Assembly (NCBI GenBank): GCA_009779255.1
Contig: WREQ01000001.1
Coordinates: 5,190-69,189 of the forward strand
Direction of reading: 5' to 3'
Length of the DNA stretch: 64,000 bases
Origin: Dehalococcoidia bacterium
Lineage (GTDB): Bacteria > Chloroflexota > Dehalococcoidia > Dehalococcoidales > UBA1222
Of the stretch, positions 57,522 through 64,000 are shown in pieces (positions within the stretch are counted from its first letter, which is position 1; every line of letters begins with the position of its first letter). Both the position numbers and the translations under genes were made by a program. The notes beneath the pieces are model-generated. The model did no database searches, was not told the origin of the DNA, and saw only the letters and a program-made list of their open reading frames with translations.

Positions 57522-58184
57522 GTGCGAAGACTCAAGTGTTCCATCTGCGGATATATTTACGATGAAGCCGCAGGAATCACGGAAAGGGGCATCGCCCCCG
57601 GAACCAAATGGGAAGATGTTCCCGAAGGCTTCAAGTGCCCACTGTGCGGAGCGCCAAAGTCCGTGTTCAAACCGCTTGAAGATGCTCCGCCGCCGCTCCC
57701 GGTTGTAAACGCAGACGATAATCACGCCGAAAACCTTAAAGAGCTGTCACAGGGAGAAATCTCAGCGATTTGCAGCAGTCTTGCCAAAGGCTGTGAGAAA
57801 CAACGCCTTTTGGACGAAATGGCTGCTTTTAACAAAATCGCCGATTATTTCAAGGCAAAAACGGCTGCCGAAAGCAACACACTGGACGCCGCCGCAAAAA
57901 TGCTTGACGAAGATTTATCGGATGGTTTCTCCTCCGCAACCGCCGCCGCGAAAACGGCCGCGGACAGGGGGGCGATGCGCTCCTTGGTATGGAGCGAAAA
58001 GGTTAGTATAATGATGAAAGCGCTGCTCGACCGCTTCGCCAAAGAGGGGGACGCGATGCTTGAGAACACAACCGTCTGGGTTTGCGACATCTGCGGCTTC
58101 ATTTACATAGGCGACACGTCGCCGGAAATATGTCCGGTCTGCAAAGTGCCAAAGTTCAAAATCATCGAGGTGGAAAGGAGATAA
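57522..58184 (+). CDS. protein with an N-terminal rubredoxin domain, a helical middle region and a C-terminal rubredoxin-like Cys4 knuckle
   Basis: CSICGY...CPLCGAP is a canonical rubredoxin. The C-terminus carries CDICGF...CPVCKVPK. I saw no ExxH diiron ligands in the middle region. Confidence 0.75.
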   Translation: MRRLKCSICGYIYDEAAGITERGIAPGTKWEDVPEGFKCPLCGAPKSVFKPLEDAPPPLPVVNADDNHAENLKELSQGEISAICSSLAKGCEKQRLLDEMAAFNKIADYFKAKTAAESNTLDAAAKMLDEDLSDGFSSATAAAKTAADRGAMRSLVWSEKVSIMMKALLDRFAKEGDAMLENTTVWVCDICGFIYIGDTSPEICPVCKVPKFKIIEVERR

Positions 58185-58188
58185 CGCG

Positions 58189-59235
58189 ATGCCAGCTTAC
58201 AGAAATGTCCGCCTTTGCGGAAAAGACTGTATGTGCCTGTATGTTTGTCCCACAGGCGCGACCAATACTGAGAACAGCATCATCGATGCGGCTAAATGTA
58301 TTCCTGGCTGCATGGAGTGCGTGAAATCCTGCCCATCCGGAGCTATTTCGATGGTTCCCGACAGTTATCCGCCACAGCAGCCAAAAACGGAAGCTGTCAG
58401 CTCGACACAGCGTGGATTGGCGCTCAGCAAAGTACGCCAGGAACAAATCTCGAAGCATGTCGCCGCATCCTCGGGCAGTGCGGTGACAAGACAGTTTGCC
58501 GAGGCTGTCGCAAAATCCAATCTACGTATGGCTGAGGACATCTTGCGAGAAGCAGGCTATATGCTCCCGCAAAGCGACGAGGTGCACGGGCTGCTCGAAG
58601 CCATGCTCGAAAACGCCGCCCCGGATTTCCCTCAAGATGCGGCAAAACTACTGCTTGCTAAATTACAAAAAACAAATAAAGGAGAGGTAAAAATGGCAAA
58701 TCTGAAAGGCACCAGGACAGAGAAAAACCTCATGGAGGCGTTCGCAGGGGAATCCCAGGCGAGAAACAAGTATACATACTTCGCCTCCAAAGCGAGAAAA
58801 GAGGGCTTCGAGCAGATAGCGGCCTTCTTTGAGGAGACCGCCGGCAACGAAAAGGAGCACGCCAAGATTTGGTTCAAGCTACTCCACAACGGTGAAGTCC
58901 CCGGAACCACCGAAAACCTGAAAGCGGCAGCGGCCGGCGAAAACAGCGAGTGGACGGAAATGTACAGGCGAATGGCGGTCGAGGCCCGCGAGGAAGGCTT
59001 TACCGACATCGCATTCCTATTCGATTTGGTGGGCGCGATTGAAAAAGAGCATGAGGAGCGTTACCTCAAACTTTTAAGCAACATTGAGACCGGCTCCGTC
59101 TTTGCCAAAAATTCAAAATCTGTTTGGATTTGCCGCAACTGCGGCCATATCATTGACAACGAAAGCGCCCCAGAGGTATGTCCTGTTTGCGACCACCCAC
59201 AGGCCTACTTTGAACTGCGTGCAGTCAATTATTAA
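58189..59235 (+). CDS. rbr: ferredoxin-like (2 x Cys-cluster) domain fused in frame to rubrerythrin
   Basis: N-terminus: CGKDCMCLYVCPTGA and CIPGCMECVKSCPSGAI. From residue 169 on, MANLKGTRTEKNLMEAFAGESQARNKY...EKEHAKIW...EKEHEERY...CRNCGH...CPVCDHP is a full rubrerythrin. An internal AAAGGAGAGG SD plus ATG at 58693 may allow separate translation. Confidence 0.85.
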   Translation: MPAYRNVRLCGKDCMCLYVCPTGATNTENSIIDAAKCIPGCMECVKSCPSGAISMVPDSYPPQQPKTEAVSSTQRGLALSKVRQEQISKHVAASSGSAVTRQFAEAVAKSNLRMAEDILREAGYMLPQSDEVHGLLEAMLENAAPDFPQDAAKLLLAKLQKTNKGEVKMANLKGTRTEKNLMEAFAGESQARNKYTYFASKARKEGFEQIAAFFEETAGNEKEHAKIWFKLLHNGEVPGTTENLKAAAAGENSEWTEMYRRMAVEAREEGFTDIAFLFDLVGAIEKEHEERYLKLLSNIETGSVFAKNSKSVWICRNCGHIIDNESAPEVCPVCDHPQAYFELRAVNY

Positions 59236-59248
59236 GGAGGAAAACAAA

Positions 59249-59659
59249 ATGCGCGGTAACCAAAAATTCTTTATCTGCAAGCATTGCGGCAACATGGTCG
59301 GTTTTATCTACGACAAAGGTCCGCCATTGGTGTGCTGCGGCGACAAAATGACGGAACTTGTACCCAATACCGTTGACGCCTCTCACGAAAAACACGTCCC
59401 CGCAATCAAAAAAGCTGAAGAATGCCCATGCGGCTGCACTTGCGGAAGCGCATTGGTCATCGAGATTGGCAGTGTGCCACATCCCATGACAAGCGAACAT
59501 AACATCAGTTTTGTTTACATCGAAACTGAAAACGGCGGAAAACAGCGCTACCTTAAAGTCGGGCAGGAACCCGTGATAAAAGTCTGCTGCTGCGATGACA
59601 AGCCTGTTGCTATCTACGCTTACTGCAATCTGCACGGTCTGTGGAAAACGGAAGTATAG
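59249..59659 (+). CDS. dfx: desulfoferrodoxin (2Fe superoxide reductase)
   Basis: Trimmed to MRGNQKFFICKHCGNMV...VCCGDKM (desulforedoxin centre I). HVPAI...HPM...CNLHGLW gives the centre II ligands. AAGGAGG SD. Confidence 0.9.
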   Translation: MRGNQKFFICKHCGNMVGFIYDKGPPLVCCGDKMTELVPNTVDASHEKHVPAIKKAEECPCGCTCGSALVIEIGSVPHPMTSEHNISFVYIETENGGKQRYLKVGQEPVIKVCCCDDKPVAIYAYCNLHGLWKTEV

Positions 59660-59677
59660 CCATACCATCATAGTTAT

Positions 59678-59724
59678 AAAGAGCGGCGGGCGGGTTGAAT
59701 CCGTCCGCCGCTCTTTATTTATTT
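59678..59724 (+). terminator. rho-independent terminator closing the oxidative-stress cassette
   Basis: AAAGAGCGGCGGGCGG, a loop, then CCGTCCGCCGCTCTTT gives a 16-bp stem with one G-U pair, followed by ATTTATTT. Confidence 0.85.
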
Positions 59725-59998
59725 GAGATGGCTGCCAAGTGGTGAGATGTTGCCGTGTCTGTTTTTCTCAAAATCGTGCAGGGACTTTCCATGATAAGAG
59801 TTTGGAGGTCATAGGGAAGTGCAGGAGTTGGCAAATGAGCGAGGCTTAGTATCTTGTGCCACAAGGCCGGCGAAGTGCAAATTCCCGATTTCTAATTCCA
59901 ATTTAGTTGGAAAATTTTGACGGTAAAAATCTGAGAGTGCAGGTATAAGCTATTTTAGGTTTTTTACCATCCCCGCTGGTGTGCGCGAGACAGCACCA

Positions 59999-60592
59999 CT
60001 ATTTGAGAGATTGTTTGCTGCTACCCGGTTTGGTCAGAGGGATACCAGCATGGCACAGGGGACATTCCTCCGGTTTATAGGCCGGAGTGACGGAACGCAG
60101 GGTGGCATACAGCGGACAGCCAAAATCAAGTCCATGCTCAGAACGATCGACCAGCACCGCGACGCCAGCGACAGCAGCCTGATGTTCTGCCAGCGCAGCA
60201 AGGACTTCGCAGACGGATTTGCCGGTAGTCAGTATATCGTCCACCACCAGCACGCGTTCTCCGTGTTTCAGCATAAATCCGCGGCGGAAAGCGCGCCTGC
60301 CGCTTTCCTCTTTTTCCGCAAAAATACAGCGTACACCAAGCTGTCTGGCAACCTCGTAGGCCAGAATGATGCCGCCGGTGGTAGGCCCGACTACTGCTTC
60401 AATACCATGGGACGTAAAATACCCGGCAATCATGCTGCACAACGCCTGCGTGTATTCGGGATGCTCGAGAATGCGGAATTTTTCCCAGTATACCGGCGAA
60501 TGCAAGCCGGAAGTAAGTAAAAAATGCCCGTCCAGCACCGCCCCACTCTGACGGAAGAACGCTTCAGGATTAACAGGTACCGCTTCCGTCAT
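59999..60592 (-). CDS. pyrE: orotate phosphoribosyltransferase
   Basis: 197 aa with the PRPP motif VLVVDDILTTGKS and FLLTSGLHSPVY. Confidence 0.92.
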   Translation of the reverse strand: MTEAVPVNPEAFFRQSGAVLDGHFLLTSGLHSPVYWEKFRILEHPEYTQALCSMIAGYFTSHGIEAVVGPTTGGIILAYEVARQLGVRCIFAEKEESGRRAFRRGFMLKHGERVLVVDDILTTGKSVCEVLAALAEHQAAVAGVAVLVDRSEHGLDFGCPLYATLRSVTPAYKPEECPLCHAGIPLTKPGSSKQSLK

Positions 60593-61179
60593 TTTACCCC
60601 CGTGCCGGCTTTATAAAAGTCATAGTTATGCGTCGACCCGAAATTACTCCACGGCCAGATGACCAACCAAGCCCGACCAACGATATTTTCACGCGGCACC
60701 GTCCAGCCGTTGTGCGAGTCCGCAGATTTGTTGCGATTATCGCCCATCACAAAGTAATGGCCTTCTGGAACCGTGAACGGCCCGAATGAATAATTGGGCG
60801 GCTCTGCAACATACGGTTCTTCCAGTGTTATCTGCGTACCATCAACCTTGGATATGGTCACCTTACCGCTATGAATCGTGATGGTTTCCCCGGGCAAACC
60901 AATGACACGCTTTACATAATCAGTATCGGAATGCAACTGCTCCGGCGGGGTGAAAACGATAATGTCGCCGCGCTGCGGCTCGTGTCCGAATTTATACGCC
61001 AGTTTGTAAATCAGCACCCGTTCGCCAACAGGCATCGTCGGAATCATGCTCCCGCTGATGACCTCGACGTTTTGCAGGGTCATCCTGATACCAAGAAAAA
61101 GCGCAAGCGCGATAAGCAGCGTAATAGCTATTTCACGAGCCGCAGCTTTTATCCTAAGTTTTACAACAGCATCATCCAT
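60589..61179 (-). CDS. lepB: signal peptidase I
   Basis: TM anchor, catalytic SGSMIPT box, GDNRNKSADS box. 4-nt overlap with pyrE. Confidence 0.92.
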   Translation of the reverse strand: MDDAVVKLRIKAAAREIAITLLIALALFLGIRMTLQNVEVISGSMIPTMPVGERVLIYKLAYKFGHEPQRGDIIVFTPPEQLHSDTDYVKRVIGLPGETITIHSGKVTISKVDGTQITLEEPYVAEPPNYSFGPFTVPEGHYFVMGDNRNKSADSHNGWTVPRENIVGRAWLVIWPWSNFGSTHNYDFYKAGTGVK

Positions 61180-61295
61180 GTAAAACAGATTATACTACTG
61201 CGCCACGATTATGGCTAATCAGGACGGTGACTAACTAAATGTGTCCGCGTGCGTTATAATATGCGCAACATGATTTCAGCAGCACAGGAGGACAT

Positions 61296-62051
61296 ATGAA
61301 AAAAATAACCATACCTTTCCTTTCAATGCTGGCAGCACTGTCATTGACCATCGGGCTCGCCTCTTGCAGTGCGCTCACCGGCGACAGTGGCGCAGCCGTC
61401 CCAATCGGATCCAATCAAGATACCGGCATCTGGGTGACTGGCGTCGGCAAGGTTACCGTCACTCCAGACATGGCGGTAATAGCCATGGGAATACAGGCAC
61501 AGGCAGAGACCGTAACCGAGGCTCAGCGACAAGCATCCGAAGCGATGTCGGCGGTCATGACCGCCATCAAGAACAAAGGAGTGTCAGACAAGGACATCGC
61601 GACCACGGCTTACAATATCGCGCCGGTTTACAGCTATGACCGGAATACCGGCAACCAAAATCTGGACGGCTACAGCGTCTCCAATTCCATCAGCGTAAAG
61701 GTACGCAGTATCGCCAATGCCGGAGCGGTTATCGACGCCGCCGCAACGGCAGGCGGGAATTACACCAGAATCAACAGCGTAACGCTCACCGTGGACAAAC
61801 CGGAGCAGTATAGCGAGCAAGCCCGCGAAGCCGCCATGACCGACGCCGCCACCCGCGCCAAACAGCTTGCCAAGCTGGGTGGAATCAAGCTGGGCAAACC
61901 AGCCTACATCGCCGAATCCACCGCCAATCCGTGGCGAACCATCTACTATGAATCACCCGCCAATGCCAACATTGTAACTTCTGACACAGTTATCACCCCC
62001 GGTGAAACAGAAGTCACCGTTACGCTACAGGTAGTCTATACCATCTCATAA
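61296..62051 (+). CDS. SIMPL-domain (DUF541) lipoprotein
   Basis: Lipobox LASC. VTGVGKVTVTPDMAVIAMGIQAQAETVTEAQ and the C-terminal GETEVTVTLQVVY pattern are typical of SIMPL/BP26-like proteins. Confidence 0.8.
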   Translation: MKKITIPFLSMLAALSLTIGLASCSALTGDSGAAVPIGSNQDTGIWVTGVGKVTVTPDMAVIAMGIQAQAETVTEAQRQASEAMSAVMTAIKNKGVSDKDIATTAYNIAPVYSYDRNTGNQNLDGYSVSNSISVKVRSIANAGAVIDAAATAGGNYTRINSVTLTVDKPEQYSEQAREAAMTDAATRAKQLAKLGGIKLGKPAYIAESTANPWRTIYYESPANANIVTSDTVITPGETEVTVTLQVVYTIS

Positions 62052-62067
62052 TTCAGCCCGTATCCAA

Positions 62068-62106
62068 AACAGGGACTCCGTGTATTACGGAGTCCCTGTT
62101 TTTTTA
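62068..62106 (+). terminator. rho-independent terminator
   Basis: AACAGGGACTCCG, a 7-nt loop, then CGGAGTCCCTGTT gives a 13-bp stem, followed by TTTTTTTAT. Confidence 0.9.
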
Positions 62107-62145
62107 TTTGCACTTTCAAAAAAGACCGTTTAGAATGAGCGCACT

Positions 62146-63276
62146 ATGGACTACATGGAGCAGGCGATTGCGCTGGCCAAACTGGCACAAGGGAATGTGT
62201 CTCCCAACCCGGCTGTCGGCGCCGTACTGGTACGGAATGGCGAGGTGGCGGGGCAGGGGTTTACCCAACCCCCCGGCGAGCAACATGCCGAAATTGCCGC
62301 CATTGAAGCCGGCGGCGAAAGAGTCCGCGGTGGCACACTGTACGTCACCATGGAGCCATGCTGCCACTTCGGGCGTACCGGGCCATGCACCAGAGCTATC
62401 ATCGAGGCCGGCATCAGCCAAGTGCATATGGCCATGATTGACCCCAACCCACTGGTATCCGGCAAAGGCCGGGCGGAACTGGAGGCGGCCGGCATCAAAA
62501 CCTTCGTTGGAGAACAAGAAGAACAGGCGCGACAGCTGGTTGAAGCCTATTCAAAACACATCACCAGCGGAATGCCGTTTGTCACGGTCAAATTTGCCAT
62601 GAGCCTGGACGGCAAGATTGCCACCCACACAGGCGACTCCAAGTGGATAAGCAATGAGGAATCGCGACAATTCGCCCACAGCCTGCGCCATAATTCAGAC
62701 GCCATCATGACCGGCGCCAACACAGTGCTGGCGGACAATCCCCACCTCACCGCCCGCAGCAGCAGCGGACGCGGCGGGACCAGCAAAAACCAACCTCTGC
62801 GCATTGTAATTGACGGCAGGGGACGCACGTCTCAAAACGCGCAACTATTTCAGGAAGCCGGAAAAACCATACTGGTCATGGGCAGGCCGGCGGAAGCACA
62901 CGAGAAGGCATCCTTCGCCGGTCTGCAAACGGAGATTTTGGAATTTCCATCCGATGACGGCATAATACAACTGGACAAATTGCTTAAAATGCTGGGGGAG
63001 CGACAGATAACCAGCATCCTGGTGGAAGCCGGCGGTATACTGGTCGGGTCGCTCTTTGATCAGGGATTGGTGGACAAGGTGTATGCCTTCGTAGCGCCTA
63101 TCATCATCGGCGGTGCCGCCAGAACGCCTGTGGAAGGCTCAGGCGCCAGCAGACTCATGGACGCTTTCAGGCTGGACAGGGTATCTGTAGGCGCCATGGG
63201 AAGCGATGTCCTTATTTCCGGCTATATAGCAAATAAATCAGGGCGGCGTGTAGGCAATGTTCACCGGAATAGTTGA
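62146..63276 (+). CDS. ribD: bifunctional riboflavin biosynthesis deaminase/reductase
   Basis: 376 aa with the CMP/dCMP deaminase zinc motif HAEIAA...PCCHFGRTGPC and a C-terminal RibD reductase domain. Confidence 0.93.
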   Translation: MDYMEQAIALAKLAQGNVSPNPAVGAVLVRNGEVAGQGFTQPPGEQHAEIAAIEAGGERVRGGTLYVTMEPCCHFGRTGPCTRAIIEAGISQVHMAMIDPNPLVSGKGRAELEAAGIKTFVGEQEEQARQLVEAYSKHITSGMPFVTVKFAMSLDGKIATHTGDSKWISNEESRQFAHSLRHNSDAIMTGANTVLADNPHLTARSSSGRGGTSKNQPLRIVIDGRGRTSQNAQLFQEAGKTILVMGRPAEAHEKASFAGLQTEILEFPSDDGIIQLDKLLKMLGERQITSILVEAGGILVGSLFDQGLVDKVYAFVAPIIIGGAARTPVEGSGASRLMDAFRLDRVSVGAMGSDVLISGYIANKSGRRVGNVHRNS

Positions 63277-63883
63277 AGAGATCGGTAAAATCATTTCCTC
63301 CAGCGGGGGCAGTTTGACCATTGGCGCCCGTAAAGTGTTGACGGAGGCTGCCCTCGGAGACAGCATTGCCGTCAACGGGGTCTGTCTGACCGTAACGGCG
63401 CTCAACGATACCAGCTTCAGCGCGGATGTCATGGAGGAAACACTCAGCAAAACCACGCTTGGCAGGCTCCGTCTCGGCGACAGCGTTAATCTTGAGAGCG
63501 CCCTGACACTTTCCAAAGGCATCGGAGGGCATCTGGTAGAGGGGCATGTTGACGCCACCGGCCGCATAATATCCATCAGCCCACTTGGTCAATCCCGGAT
63601 AATCCGCATCGGCGCCCCACCGGAAGTTATGCGCTACGTTGTGACGAAGGGATTTATCGCCATAAACGGCATCAGCCTTACCGTTGTGGAGCACGACGAA
63701 CATTCTTTTACGGTATCAATCGTAAAATTCACCATGGATAACACCATCCTTGGCGAGGCCAGAGCGGGAGACGCCGTCAATCTGGAGGCAGACATCATTG
63801 CCAAGTATGTCGAGCGCTGCATCGGGAAAAAAGGCGGCTTGACCGAAGATTTCCTGAAAGAGCACGGCTTTATCAAATCCTGA
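63257..63883 (+). CDS. ribE: riboflavin synthase alpha chain
   Basis: MFTGIVEEIGKI N-terminus with a duplicated lumazine-binding barrel (second repeat GHLVEGHVD). Confidence 0.94.
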   Translation: MFTGIVEEIGKIISSSGGSLTIGARKVLTEAALGDSIAVNGVCLTVTALNDTSFSADVMEETLSKTTLGRLRLGDSVNLESALTLSKGIGGHLVEGHVDATGRIISISPLGQSRIIRIGAPPEVMRYVVTKGFIAINGISLTVVEHDEHSFTVSIVKFTMDNTILGEARAGDAVNLEADIIAKYVERCIGKKGGLTEDFLKEHGFIKS

Positions 63884-64000
63884 GTATTTCCCCATCTTCG
63901 TTTTTGGATAACGAACGACCGCACCCATTCATTGTTTTCACAGCTACACCGACCATGTGTTGATAATTTTCAAAAATATCGGCTGGTGTCCGCGGCGTTC

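Noticed and set aside
59725-59998. 274-bp non-coding gap before pyrE, as a possible small RNA
   Set aside because: I could not identify a promoter-terminator pair, a conserved motif or a stable structure.
62052-62145. Looked for an FMN (RFN) riboswitch upstream of ribD
   Set aside because: The spacer is under 100 nt and is mostly occupied by the terminator of the upstream gene. No RFN-like conserved core was seen.
63884-64000. Possible end of a minus-strand gene entering from beyond the window (...PIFLKIINTWSV stop near 63944)
   Set aside because: Only about 18 codons are visible, so it cannot be identified or distinguished from chance.
1-64000. Scan for tRNA, rRNA, tmRNA, RNase P, SRP RNA and CRISPR arrays
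   Set aside because: I found no T-loop (GGTTCGAATCC-like) contexts outside coding regions or terminators, no regularly spaced direct repeats, and no large non-coding gaps consistent with such genes. A covariance-model scan would be the definitive check.

Overview
Gene-dense 64-kb chromosomal window with about 60 supportable CDS. I saw no rRNA, tRNA or CRISPR array. Most of it is core metabolism and DNA maintenance. The main blocks are an arginine operon (argJ-argB-argD-argG-argH), mutS, a class V FBP aldolase/phosphatase, rdgB, dnaN, uvrC and xerC/D. They continue with an EF-G paralogue, prfA-prmC, acs, hom-thrC, folE, a PyrR-attenuated pyrimidine operon (pyrR-pyrB-pyrC-carA-carB-pyrK), pcrA-mutL, pyrE-lepB and ribD-ribE. 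Gene content and organisation suggest an anaerobic, monoderm-like lineage, possibly Chloroflexota/Dehalococcoidia-like, but that is a low-confidence inference. Three stretches look accessory and are visibly more AT-rich by eye. The first (about 25.8-33.6 kb) carries a MobA/MobL relaxase remnant followed by a complete Firmicutes-style pstSCAB-phoU-phoB/R module. The second (about 51.6-52.7 kb) carries a gene fragment plus mazEF. The third (about 56.9-59.7 kb) carries split TfoX genes plus an oxidative-stress cassette of rubredoxin-flanked protein, ferredoxin-rubrerythrin and desulfoferrodoxin. The best candidate for an undescribed system is a three-gene cassette at 16.36-18.86 kb. It is insulated by a terminator and has its own promoter. 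It encodes a DUF2589-like protein (family recalled from memory) with an inserted GxGYT-repeat module, a probable remote paralogue, and a helical partner. None of the three shows a recognisable enzymatic motif. Small dispersed palindromic and heptamer repeats and several structured intergenic RNAs are also noted. All coordinates and motifs were read by eye from the sequence and ORF track. No database search was run.
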